Source: Jimgerdemannia flammicorona (taxonomy: Eukaryota). Taken from it: a stretch of 34,298 bases of DNA. Below are positions 13,179 to 24,755 of this stretch, in pieces. The notes under the pieces are model-generated. The model was not told the DNA's origin. It did no database searches and was given only the letters and a program-made list of their open reading frames with translations. Every line of letters starts with the position of its first letter. Position 1 is the first letter of the stretch. Made by a program: the position numbers and the translations under genes. The DNA lies in the NCBI GenBank assembly GCA_003990765.1, contig RBNJ01000279.1:1-34298 (forward strand), in the 5' to 3' direction.

Positions 13179-13589
13179 AAGCTCAAAATCAAGAAGCTTC
13201 ATCTGAAGGCCCAGACCCCTCAATATCAAACAGAAGAAGCTATTGGTCTTGACCTATACTCTGTCAAACAAGTCACCATTTCAGCTAAGAGCTGAACTCT
13301 GGTACCTACTAGAATTGCAGTTCAATATCCTGAAGGACATTATGCCCGAATTGTACTATGATCAGGACTCAGTGTCAAACATCATTTAGATGTAGGTACT
13401 GGTATCATTGACCCAGACTTTTGAGGACAAGTCTAAGTTCTGCTTATCAACCAGAAGGATCAAGACTACACAGTCAAGGAAGGAGACCAAGTTGCACAAA
13501 TGATCCTAGAAAAAGCCAGTCAACTTAAGATTTCAGAAGTCCAAGAACTCTCTGAAACCAAATGAAACTAAAAAGGATTTAGCAGCACC
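13179..13589 (+). pseudogene. dut: dUTPase domain of element A (between gag knuckle and protease)
   Basis: Recognisable trimeric dUTPase motifs: AIGLDL, (R)SGLS, VGTGIIDPDF(R)G, GDQVAQ, (R)..KGFSST. In frame with both knuckle and protease. Confidence 0.9.
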
Positions 13590-16500
13590 AATCAAGCAGC
13601 AAGTCTTACTGAAAATTGAGCTCAAACTATGCTCATTTTCAAAGGCTTAGTGAAAGGAAAAGAAGTTCAAGTACTTATAGACAGCAGAGCTACAGAGAAC
13701 TTCATCAATCAGAATCTCATCAAAAGCCTCAAGATTCTCACTAAGTCTGCACCCAAGAATAACAGTATAGTCTCTATAGATAGTACTCTATACCCCATTA
13801 AGTCAATTACTGCCAAACTATCCATCAAGATCCAAATATTGAGAATGAGTAGACTTTGAGTTTGCTCTACTAAGAGATCATGACCTGATCCTAGAAAAAC
13901 TCTGGCTTATAAAATATAATTCAGATATTGATTAATGTAAGAATAAAGTCACCTTACTTTAAAATGGAGCCAACATCACTATCAAGACAGACAAGACCAT
14001 GAGCAAGACCCAGATTGTAATACTATCAGCTATACAATACAAGAGAGCACTCAAGAAGATAATACATACCTTTATTGTAATAGTCTGTTCTAAGAAATAA
14101 GACAAGAGACTGTCAGTCAATAAAAGTGTCAAGTTACTACTAGAAGAATTCAAGGATGTCTTTCCAGATAAGCTACCTGGTCTACTGCCTACATGAGAAG
14201 TTGATTATGAAATTGAACTGATCCCAGGAGCTGTACTATCCAAGAAACACATGTACCATATGTCACCACTTGAAATTGAAGCAGTCAAGAAAGAATTAGA
14301 AGAACTACTTATACAAGGAGCCATTCAGTCAGTAAATCTCCTTATGGCTCACTAGTTCTATTCATCAAGAAGAAGGATAGTCCTTTGTGAATATATATAG
14401 ACTACCATATACTCAACAAGCTTACTGTCAAGAACTACTATCTACTACCCTTGATTGATCAAATCTTTAATGCTCTCAAGAATATCAAGTACTTCACTAA
14501 GTTAGACCTTATGTCAGAATACCACCAGATCCAAATCAAGCCAGAAGACATTCCCAAGACTGTATACCCTCTTTGGACTCTATGAATTCTTGGTCTTAGT
14601 ATTTGGTCTCACTAATATACCCACCATATTCCTGACCCTGATGAACAAGATATTCAAGGACCAACTATTTAGTTTTCTATTAATATATCTTGATAATATC
14701 CTGATCTTTAGCACAACTAAAGAAGAATATCTCAAATATATTTAAATAGTTCTGGAGATCCTGTAAAAATATAAGCTTTACACTAAGCTCAAGAAGTATA
14801 AATTCTTCAAGAAATAAGTCAAATATCTTAACCATATTGTCTCTGTATAAGGAATTCAAGTAGACCTATATAAGATAGAAGCAATTGAAGAATGACCCAG
14901 TACATTGAACCTCACAGAACTCTGATCCTTCCTTGGTCTAGCTGGCTACTACTGCTACTTTGTCAGAAACTTCTCTAGTATTGCTGAGCTACTGAGGAAG
15001 GCCCTATACTCAGATCACTATATACTCTATACCTGAGATATCTTTTGTCAACAAAGTTTTCAAAAACTCAAGAACTATCTGACTCATGCTCTAGTCCTGC
15101 ATAATGCAGATCAAGGCCTAAAATTCACAGTTACTACTGATGTATCAAATTTTACCATTAGAGTAGCCCTGTTACAAGATGATAATAAAGAATACTGTTC
15201 TATTACTTTTGAGTCACACAAATTAGCCCTGGTTGAAGAAAAGCTAGCCACTTATGAGAAGGAACTACTGACAATAATACATGCACTAGACCACTAGTGA
15301 TACTATCTAGAAAGTATTGAGTTTGATATCATTACTAATCATCAATCTCTCAAGTACATCAACACCCAACCTACTCTATTATATCTATAAGCCAAATAGA
15401 GCCTCAAGCTTCAAACCTTCAACCCAATGATCATCTACAAGTCTAGTAAGACACTTATAGTATCAGATATCTTATCAAGATACTCTGATCTTACTACAAT
15501 CATGCAAGTCACCTTGGAATCAGAATTTCTGGACCAAATCAGATAAGCTTACAAAGAAGATATAGTCATTACTAGAGTTTTTTTAAATGAGCTCAAGGAT
15601 ACATATACTGTTAAGAACAATCTGATCTATTATTATGACTAAGTCTACTTACCTGGAAACATAAACCTATACTATAAGGTTTTGCAAGAACACTATGACT
15701 CCCCTCTTGTCAGTTATATGAGAATTGAGAAAACTATCAAAAATATCCAACACTGCTATTATTGATCAAGCATGGTCAAGAAAATCAAGAACTATGTTGC
15801 CAGCTGTAATCTATACTAGTACAATAAGTCTACTAACCAAGTATCTACCAGTTTGCTACAACCACTGCCAATTCCTACTAAGAAATTCAAATAAGTTACT
15901 ATGAACTTCATAACTCAACTACCATGAACTCAATCTGGTACTGATACTATCATTATATTTATTGACCATCTGATCAAGACTATGGTTGCTAAACCAATCA
16001 CTACCAATACTACTATATCTGAGATTACAAGAATCTTCTTCAAGTTCATCTTCTGTCACTATGGCCTACCATGAGTAATTGTCAGTAATTGTGACTCTAA
16101 GTTTACTAGTTACTTCTAACAAACTCTCTTCAAGCTCCTGGAAATCCAATTGGCTATATCTACTGCCATTCACCCCCAAACTGATGGACAAACTGAGCAT
16201 ATGAATAGAACTCTAGAATAAAATACTTAGAAACTATGTTTCTTATAAGTAAGATGATTGGAACCACTATCTGACTTATGTGGAGTTCACATATAACAAT
16301 ACTGTCCAATCATCTACTGGTCTTTCCCCTTTCCAGTTACTATATGGTCAAGATTCTGAGACTCCTGCAAGTCTATTCTCTTTCAAGAAAAGCAGTCAAA
16401 TACAAGTCTCTACTACTAAGAGTCTTATAGACAAAATGGATGAACTACTCAAGATTGTTACCATGAATCTTCAGAAAGCTCAACAACATCAAGCCAAGTA

Positions 16501-16801
16501 TACTGACAAGAAATACTGCAATGTTACTTATACTATTAGAGATCAAGTTCTACTGTCTACCAAGAACCTTAAGATATAATCTCAAGTCAACTACCCTTTG
16601 AATAAGTTCCAACTCAAGTATATTGGACTTTTTGAGATTACTGAATAAGTCTCTGCATCCTCCTACTACCTCAAACTACCTGAAGCAATGAGAGTATACC
16701 CAGTCTTTCATATATTACACCTCAAGATCTGAAACCAGTTACCACTCTACTCTGGTCAAATTCCTAAGCCATCTGCCCTTATAATTATTGAGGACCATAT
16801 T

Positions 16802-16950
16802 GAGTATGAAGCTGAGAAAATTCTTGACAAATAAATCTACTACTGCTGTCCTAAATATCTAGTCAAGTAGATAGACTACCCTGAATATAATACTACCTGA
16901 GAACTACTGATCAATCTCAAGAACTCTCAAGATCTAGTTCAAGACTTCAA
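16802..16950 (+). pseudogene. Chromodomain at the integrase C-terminus of element A
   Basis: EYEAEKILDK..YLVK(W)IDYPEYNTT(W)E..NLKNSQDLVQDF. Confidence 0.88.
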
Positions 16951-17272
16951 GATAAAATACATTACCCAATCCCTATAGTGACTTTCTTGGATTATTGATA
17001 ACTTATAGCAATGACTAGTGCTTTATACATCAGAAGTTTACTTTGGGATCCAAGAACCAGCAGAATATTTAATGAATAAGAATTCCACTGAAATGAAGCT
17101 ACTAGCTGGGTTTAAACCCCTCTTAGTTGGTTAGTCTAGTAATAGTAATAGACTCTCTGCCCTATATAAGGATGACCAATCTCTGCCAATATACTCATAC
17201 AAGTTTGAGAAATTTTGGTTAAGTATATCTAGTCTTATATTACCTTAAAACTCAATAAGGATATTAGTTCTT

Positions 17273-17285
17273 AAGGAGGGAGGGA
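17273..17285 (+). promoter_or_regulatory. Polypurine tract of element A
   Basis: aaggagggaggga immediately before the TG of the 3' LTR. Confidence 0.85.
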
Positions 17286-17750
17286 TGTAATAGTTTTACA
17301 GTCATATTTAGTCTTAGTATATTTTCACATCTTTTAGTTAGTCTTTTCTTATTATTTCTTAAATATTCTACTATATTCCACTACCTTCTACTTGCTTAGA
17401 AACCTTCTCTCAGTGCTCAGACACTACTAGAATATTCTTATCTTTCCTTAGCACCAAGTATCTTATCTTAGCTAGTCATAGAACCTTTCAGAATATTATA
17501 GAATAGTATTAGTCAGCTTTGTCAAGAACTTATTTCTTAGCATTTCTCTTTCTTTCCAAGATCCTTCTGGATCTTTCTTTTAAATCATATATAAATATCC
17601 TTATTCTCTACCTGAATAAAGCTCAGAATATTTTCTCTCAGAAATTCTTCAAGAATACTTAAACCTTTAAAGTATCTCTTTAAGTTACTTTAGGCCAACT
17701 AAAGCTTCCAGATTTAGCTGCTTCCTCTTAAAGAAACTAGAACTATTATA
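17286..17750 (+). repeat. Element A 3' LTR (465 bp)
   Basis: Direct repeat of 4905-5293 + 12031-12109. TATATAAA at 17588 and AATAAA at 17615. Confidence 0.93.
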
Positions 17751-17755
17751 AGTGA

Positions 17756-18490
17756 AGTGTTTTCTGACTAAGTAGTAGTAGAACTTATCTACTGCTCAAA
17801 CTACTGCTAAGTATTCAAGCTTACATGACTTGTAGTTCTGTCCTACTCTGCAGGTACCTTGGCTTGTATAGGAGATAATATATTCATATCCATCTTTCTT
17901 CTGAACTAGAACTGCTTTAAGTCCTATAGTACTTATATCTGTCTGCAGGATGAACTCTAGGTTCCAATCTGGTCTTCTGAGGATGAGTGCTTGGGTTAAT
18001 CTGATCTTGAGTTTATTGAAGATTTCTTGATATTTCTTAGTCCATTCAAATTTGGTCTCCTTCTTCAGTAGCTTGTAGATAGGTGCTGCAATATTGGAGT
18101 ATTTTTTGATGAATCTTCTATAGTAAGAGGTCAGTCCAAGAAAGGTGTGGACTTCTGTAGTTGTTCTGGGTCTTGAGTAGACTGCAACAGCCTCAATTTT
18201 CATAAAGTCTATGTGAATTCCAGTCTGGTTGATGATGTGTCCTAGGTAGGCAATTTTCTAAGCTATAAACTTGTATTTCTTAAGCTTGATGTAGAGGCCA
18301 TACTTCTTGAGCTTCTCGAGAGCTAGCTGTATATAGTTGATATATTTCTATGTAGTATTGCTGAAGATGATCACATTATCAATATAGACAAAGAGCCATT
18401 TTACAATTATTACTGAAGACTCTATTCATTATTTGCTGAAAACTTGCTGGGAAATTACATATTCTAAATAGAATTTGCAGGTAGATATAG
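17756..18490 (-). pseudogene. Element C RT C-terminus/connection/RNase H segment
   Basis: YIYLQILFRM, VYIDNV (degenerate YIDD), FLGLTSYYRRFI, FILQTDIS, KLEYLAVV. Joins in frame to SAFIIPDT at 25232 after removing element B. Confidence 0.9.
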
Positions 18491-18494
18491 GTGA

Positions 18495-18970
18495 TGTAAC
18501 ATAGTGGATGCTTACTCTTAAAAGTACATCAGATTTCTGTATCTTGAAAACTTGACTATTCTGACTCTTGCAGAGTCTCTTGAAGTTGTAGGGGAGGGTG
18601 GGTGAGTTTGAAGTGTATCTGCCCGCAGGCTTACTAGTTCCTTTGCTATCTCTTTGCTTTGAACTATTTCGATCTGAGGTTTATTCACTTGAAGATACTG
18701 GGTTATTTATACAAGTTTGCTAGCTATGAGAGGGTGGCTAAGTAATAAATGAGTCATTTGGACTTTGTCGAAACATTTGGACAATATCTAAATGCTATAC
18801 TAAATCGGGGTATTCGATTTGGATAATGTCTAAAATTTAGACAATGTCTAAGGATTTAGACAATGTCGAAATTGAGGACTGCTAACTATAAGGTTATACT
18901 ACTTTGGGACTGGGTACGATCAAGTGTCTATTCCCTATTTCCTTCTTCCAAATTTGGCTGTACTGTTACA
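18495..18970 (-). repeat. Element B 3' LTR
   Basis: TG..CA termini; about 23 mismatches versus 24756-25231 by manual alignment. Minus-strand TATAAA at 18706-18711 and AATAAA at 18680-18685. Confidence 0.95.
18757..18871. repeat. Five copies of a 17-bp palindromic motif TTTRGACAATGTCYAAA in LTR U3
   Basis: Copies start at 18757, 18776, 18818, 18836 and 18855; the same array is in the 5' LTR (~25018-25132). Confidence 0.8.
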
Positions 18971-19034
18971 ACTTCCTCCTGAATGGATGGTCTTGTCCCT
19001 GAGGCATCTATTCAAACTCCCAGGCTTCAACGGT

Positions 19035-19469
19035 CTATATGGTCTTGTACTGTGCAATTTGCTGTATGACTGTTTCCCAATGATGTCTCTTCACTTTCTC
19101 AAAGTCAGTGAGAGTTACTCCTCTTAGGTAGTCTATTGCTGCTTCATCTTCTCAGAATAACTTGTGGATCCTTTTGGCAATAGTGATCTGTGAGTGAGAG
19201 AGTTGACACTCAGCAATCCAGTCCTCCTTGGTCTTTACTGGATCCTGATTGAGCACCTGTCCAAGCTTGAAGTACTCTTGGAATTCTATGTGATACTGAT
19301 AGGCTCTAAAGTGCAAGATCTGAGAGAGATGAGTCTGCACGATACTCTGAATATCCTCATAGTATACCTCTATGGTCGGAGGCTCAGTGGTGTGCCATTG
19401 TCTTTCGATGGCTCTTTGGGCAGCACTAGTGATCTTAAGTGCCATTATGGTACTTTTGTTACTGGCCAT
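19035..19469 (-). CDS. Uncharacterised accessory ORF (ORF3) in the env position of element B, one internal TGA (likely from CGA)
   Basis: ATG at 19469 overlaps the pol stop (19459-19461). MASNKS..IAKRIHKLF(*)EDEAAIDYLRGVTLTDFEKV..; similar to the ORF inside family C LTRs. Confidence 0.65.
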
Positions 19470-22400
19470 GATATTTCTTGAGTCAGTTTCAGTGAATGGT
19501 GGTGGGGATTATTGTGCCTGAGGGTTTTCGTAGCCAAAAGGTAGTCCCTTTTATATCTTACACAAGGTAAGGTCCTTCCTACTTGGGCTCCAGTTTTCAT
19601 GACCATGAAGCTTCTACCATGTTCCAATACACCAGGACCTTGTCTCCTATCTTGATAATCTCCAAGGGCTTGTGGATCTTTTCTGCATTCCTCTGTTGTA
19701 GTGTCTGTGTCTTGGTTATATAATTCTCAGCCTTTTTCCTGATTTGGTGTAGTCTCTGTATTTCCATGTCCACATGTTTCCATACAGTATCTCCATTGGA
19801 TGATAGGGTTCCTTGAGAACATTCTTCTCCAAACAGCATTTCTCAAGGGGTAAAGTGGATGCTTTGTGATTGGATATCCCAGAGAGCAGATAATGCTATT
19901 GGCAGATAGTGATCCCAGTTCTTGTAGTTATCACAGATCTTGGCGATAACATTCTTGAGGGTTTTGTTGGTCCTTTCTACTTATCTGTTTCCTTGGGGGT
20001 GATAGGCTGTGGTCTGAATGTGCTGGATCTTGTACTTCTTGTAGAGAACCTCAAAGAGCTGGTTCACGAATTCTGTTCCTCTATCTGTAGTTACTTGTGT
20101 TGGGGTCTTGAACTGGCAGATGATTTTCTTGTGGAAGAAATCGGCGATTAACTGTGCATTGGCTTCCTTGAGGGGTCCTGCTTCTATCTACATATTTTGT
20201 AAAAAGGTCTACAATGACAATGATGTATTGATTACCAGTCAGGGTCAAGGGTAGAGGGCCGATTACATCCATTGCTATATGGGCAAATGGTACTGGTTCT
20301 ATGTGTGCTGATCCTGGGACTTGATTCCGTTGGTCTTGTTTCTGTTTCTGGCATTTGTCACATGTTTTGATGAATTGTCTGATATCTTCCTCCATCCCTG
20401 GCTACCATATTGTTCTTCTTGCTTTATCATGTGTATTCATTCCTCCTAGGTGGCCAAGTTCATGTACTGATTTCATCACTTGCTCCTTCTTGTATTCTGG
20501 TATGACCAGTAGTTTTTCTTTCTTCAGTGTTTCTCCATCGGTTTCAAATTGTTTCCATATCCTGTTGATAATCGTTTGTGTCTATTCTTCCAGATGTTGG
20601 GGCATCTTTCGCTATCCCAGGTATGTGATGATTCCATAGTAAAACTCCTTATTCATGATTGATTTGTTGGTTGGAGGTAGTTTGAGGTGTCTGTGAGAGA
20701 GCATCTGCATTGAAATTTGTTCTTCTAGGGCAGTGCACGATGGTTACATCATAGGCTTGTAACTTCATTATCCATCTGGCATAGATTCCCTTGGGTTGTC
20801 CGGTTGTCAGTAGCCAGGTGAGAGCTGAGTGATCTGTCTGGATGGTGAAGTGTCTTCCGGCCAGATAGTAGTGGAACTTTTCCACAGCCCAGATGACTGT
20901 AAGGCATTCCAACTTGTAGGACTCATATTCTTTTTCAGCCCCTCGGGTTCCATGGCTAAGATATGCAATGATATACTCTTTTTTGTCTTCTTTTTGAGCC
21001 AGGACTGCTCCTAGTTCCTGTGCGCTTGCATCTGTCTGAAGGATAAATTCTTGGGTCCAATTGGGTCATCTGAGGATGGGTGCCTGAGTTAGTCTGATCT
21101 TGAGTTCATCAAATGCTTTTTGTTGTCTGCCAGTCTACTGGAACTTGGCATCCTTCTTGTTGAGTTCATAGATTGGACCTGCGATGTTGGAGAATCCTCT
21201 AATGAATCTGCAATAGTAGGAGGCAAGTTCCATGAAGACTTGGGCTTCTGTGACAGTAGTGGGCCTTGGGTATGCTGCTACCGCTTATATTTTGAGGGGG
21301 TCCATGTGTGTTCCATCTCGATTGATAATATGGCCAAGATAGGAGATCTTGATTTCTGCAAACTTGCACTTCTTGGGTTTGATATAAAGGCCATGTTGTC
21401 TTAGTTTCTCCATTATCTGCTGTATGTACTGCAGATGTTCCTCAGGTGTCTTGCTGTAGATGATTACATAATCGACATAGACCATCATCCATCTTCCCAT
21501 ATCATAGCAGAAGATTTTGTTCATCATTCGCTGAAAGCTTGCTGGTGCATTGCACATTCCAAATGGCATTCGTAGATAGATGTAGGTTCCATCTGGGGTG
21601 ATGAAGGCTGACTTTTCACTTGCCATTTCTGTGAGTCCAATTTGGTGGAATCCTGAGTATAAGTCCAGGGTGCTGTAATACTGTGCTTCATCTCCCAGTA
21701 TTATAAGGATGTCACTGATGAGTGGCAGTGGTTGACAATCCTTCTTAGTAACTGCATTGAGCTTTCTGTAGTCGACACAGAGCCTTGGGGAAAATTCTCC
21801 AGATTTGCTTCCTTTTTTCGGAGCTAGTATAACTGGTGAAGACCAGGGGCTACTGGCTTCTTTGATGATGCCGGCTTCTTCCATCTGCTTGATTTCTTCT
21901 CTGAGCCATTCTCGGTAGGCTGGTGGGACAGGTCTTGCCTTCTGGTAAATTGGTTCGGTGTCTCCAGTATCTACCTCATGATAGTAGTGTGGGGTCTTTC
22001 CCTTGATATCCTTGAAATCCGTGACAAGGACATCCTCAAATTTGTGGAGTATTTTCTTGAGTTCTTCCTTGAGTGGGAATTTGTCTCCAATGGTGTAACT
22101 GTGCTTGCTCATGTTTTTCTCCTTCTTATGCTCAAGTTCGGTGATCTTGGTGCTGGCAAACACTCCTCTTCCTGTGGATCCGAATCCTTTCTTTCCTCTT
22201 TTCATTTCCTCCAGATTCTTGACTTCTATGATCCTTGGCTATATCATTGGGAAGATCAACATCTGTGCCAATTAGTCCTTCTTCTTGACTGAGAATGGAA
22301 TTGTAGGATTGTGGTTCCTAGCAATGAGTAGAATTTCTCCCATATAGTCTGAATCAATGACTCCTCCTTCGATTGTGATTTCACTTCTAGCCAGGCTGCT

Positions 22401-24641
22401 TCTTATCTTGAGAATCCTGACATGATCCTTTGGGATGGTCATCTCTAGTCCAGTTGCAAGTAGCGTGGTTGTCTGGGGTTCGAGTATAGTTTCTTCTACT
22501 GTAGTGATGTCCATTCCAGCTGCATTTTCTGACTTATATTCTGGCAAGACTGCATCAGGGTGGATCTTTCGAATCTTGACCTTGATTTCTTCTTCATCAT
22601 CACTGTCCTCCAGGAGGGCTGGTGGTTCATCATCTTCCTCCTTCTCTTCTTCCCTGATCTGTTTCTTGAGAGTTTTCTGGCTTCTTTCCTAGTAGATCTT
22701 CCTGGTTTCATTAGTGCACTGGTAGCAATCATTGACATGCTCCATACAGTACATCTTGATTCCATGAGGACAGACTCCTTGTGGGGCATAACCTTCTGCG
22801 ATCTTCTTGCACTATTCTTCTTCACTCATCCATCTAACTTTCTTCTTCTTTGGGGTAGTCACCATATAAGCTTCCTCTTGCTCGCTCTCTTCTTCCTCCA
22901 TATCAGGCAGAACTCCTTTATTGACATTGATGGGAATTCATATCTTCTGTCCCTGGTAGGTGATCTGCATCTTCTGAGCATTGAGATCGATTACTGCCTT
23001 GGCTTTGTGAAGCCATTGATTGCCGATGAGGATGTCATAGTTGGTGGCATTGGTTACAATTATATCTACTGGGATTGTTGCTCCTCCAATCTTAATGGGA
23101 ACATCTTGGATCTTTCCCAGAGGTGTGGCTCTTGTGCCATCAGCTGTGACAAATATTAGCTTAGTTGCTTCTTCCACATCCCAACCTAGGTGGTCTGCTG
23201 CCCTCTTACTAAGGAGACATCCTCCTGCTCCTGTGTCAATGATGGCTTCAAAGACTCAATCCTCAATTTGGCATGTTGCATAAGCAGAGGTTTTGCGATT
23301 GTCCTCACTTTCTTCTCCTGAGTCCTCTTGAACATTATTGGCCTCGGTTATCTTCCATCCTTATTCCTTGGTTGTTTCAGTAAGTCCAAACCTCATTTGC
23401 TGTCTGAATGTTGGGATTTCTGCAAGCTGACCAAAGGTTGCATTGACCTTTTGTTGACTGAGATCCTTGAAGATATTATACTTGAAGGTCTTGGTCTTGC
23501 GAAGCTTCTTTTCTTTTTCTCCTTCACTGGCTGGAGTGGTTCCTTGGATGATATCTTGAACTGCTTGCTCCAGCTCGATATTCTGGTCCATCTCTTCAGC
23601 TTGGCTTTCTGTATCAGTTTTCATCCACTTTTCCACTGGGTTCTTCTTGGGTCTTCCTGGCAGTCTCTTGTAGGGTTCTTTGCGAGCATCCTTCTTAGTG
23701 GTCTGAGCAGGATAGGCCTCCCATTCCTCTTCATCGGATTCTCTGATTTCTTCAAAGGTGATTGTATTGGCCTGCTCCTTGTTTCATGTAGCATTGCTTG
23801 ATTGAGCCTTGCATTTGGTTTCACTCATACATTCATAGGAGTAGTGGCCTTCTTCTCCACAGCTGTAGCAGGTACCTTTCTTATTGTCTGAGGTGGTGGC
23901 AAACTTCTGAACAGGGCAGCAATCTCTTCCTCAGATTTCCTTTACCACATCTCCCAGGTGGGTGGTCATTTCAGCAAATCTTTTGGCGAGTTCCTCCATA
24001 GGGTCACTGTTCTTTTGCTGCTCTATAGCTTTTGGCTGAGGTGTGTTTCGATTGATCATTGTGGTGGAGATCACACTGGTTGCCTTGGGTGCCTCAATTC
24101 TGACTTTTGTAACTCTCTCCATTATATGGTCTTGTGGGTGTCTGGCTATCCAGTATTGCTGAGCATAGGTGACCTTTTGTGGCAGATCCAGAATTACTGG
24201 TGATGAGCAGATGGCCATGGCTATTTCTGGATGAACTCCTTTCATAAAGGTTGCTTCGGCTACTTGATCTCGGATAGCAGCAGCATAATCTGCAAGGATT
24301 ATCTAATATCAAATTCTGGTATAGAATGTGTTTGGATCCTTACTTATTTCTTGGCACGTTATGTTGAGCTGATCCTTCAGGGCTTGCTTGATCTCATCTG
24401 TGTAATATGTGTTTCGGAGCCAGGTCTTCTGTGCCGTCAGTATGGCATCACCATCATTTCCTGCATGGGTTGCAGCTGTGAATGCTGCTCTGGCAGGGCC
24501 TCATAGGCTAAAGGGCATGAGGGCTACTTGCTGTACTGCTATCAGAGTCCTTACAGCAGCATACTGCTTGAAATCATCAATGAAGGTGATGATTGATTCA
24601 TCTGAGGTATATCCATGGAATACTGGTGGTCTCATATCCAT
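19459..24641 (-). pseudogene. gag-pol: Element B gag-pol polyprotein
   Basis: CYSCGEEGHYSYEC knuckle (23829-23870), AIIDTGAG protease (~23235), dUTPase, RLCVDYRKLN/DLYSGFHQI/YVDY (RT), TDHSAL (RH), CDKC + IAMDVIGPLP (IN), GPY motif. Several stops and frameshifts; start approximate. Confidence 0.93.
22170..22586 (-). pseudogene. dut: dUTPase domain of element B (between protease and RT)
   Basis: AAGMDI, RSSLA, GGVIDSDYMGE, KKD(*)LAQ, RGKKGFGSTG. Confidence 0.92.
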
Positions 24642-24734
24642 CTTGTCTGGGTATTGGGGCTTGGTTTGTATTGTTGTTCGGGTGGTGGTGGTTGTTCATT
24701 GTTTAGCTTGAAAGTGAGGGATTCATCTTGAATC

Positions 24735-24752
24735 ACCAGCCAATGGGTACCA
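24735..24752 (-). promoter_or_regulatory. Primer-binding site of element B (TGGTACCCATTGGCTGG; cognate tRNA not identified)
   Basis: TGG begins 3 nt (ACT) after the 5' LTR. The same PBS, decayed, is in element C at 28421-28438. Confidence 0.7.
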
Positions 24753-24755
24753 AGT

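Larger units (their letters stand above)
12200..16978 (+). pseudogene. gag-pol: Element A gag-pol polyprotein (gag, CCHC knuckle, dUTPase, protease, RT, RNase H, integrase, chromodomain)
   Basis: Degenerate knuckle YFFYYQTGYIATKC (~13056), LIDSRAT (protease, ~13674), DL.SEYHQI, YLDN (~14685), TDVSN (RH), HPQTDGQTE (IN), chromodomain. Many stops from CAR/TGG/CGA codons. Confidence 0.93.
4905..17750 (+). mobile_element. Ty3/gypsy chromovirus (element A), structurally complete, gag-dUTPase-PR-RT-RH-IN-chromodomain, decayed
   Basis: LTRs TGTAA..TTATA(=TTACA) at 4905-12109 (interrupted) and 17286-17750. 5-bp TSD agtaa (4900-4904)/agtga (17751-17755). PBS at 12112, PPT at 17273-17285, full domain set. 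Confidence 0.95.

Noticed and set aside
13179..13589. dUTPase as a host DUT1 gene
   Set aside because: It is intronless, in frame with gag and protease, inside LTR boundaries and decayed like the rest of the element.
18757..18871. Palindromic repeats as a possible CRISPR array
   Set aside because: There are no unique spacers (mostly 1-2 nt gaps), the array sits inside a eukaryotic LTR, and there are no cas genes.
19035..19469. ORF3 as a true env gene
   Set aside because: Too short and hydrophilic, with no visible signal peptide, transmembrane segment or cleavage site.
20355..24711. Many plus-strand Leu/Phe-rich ORFs over element B
   Set aside because: They are antisense shadows of gag-pol with no independent motifs.
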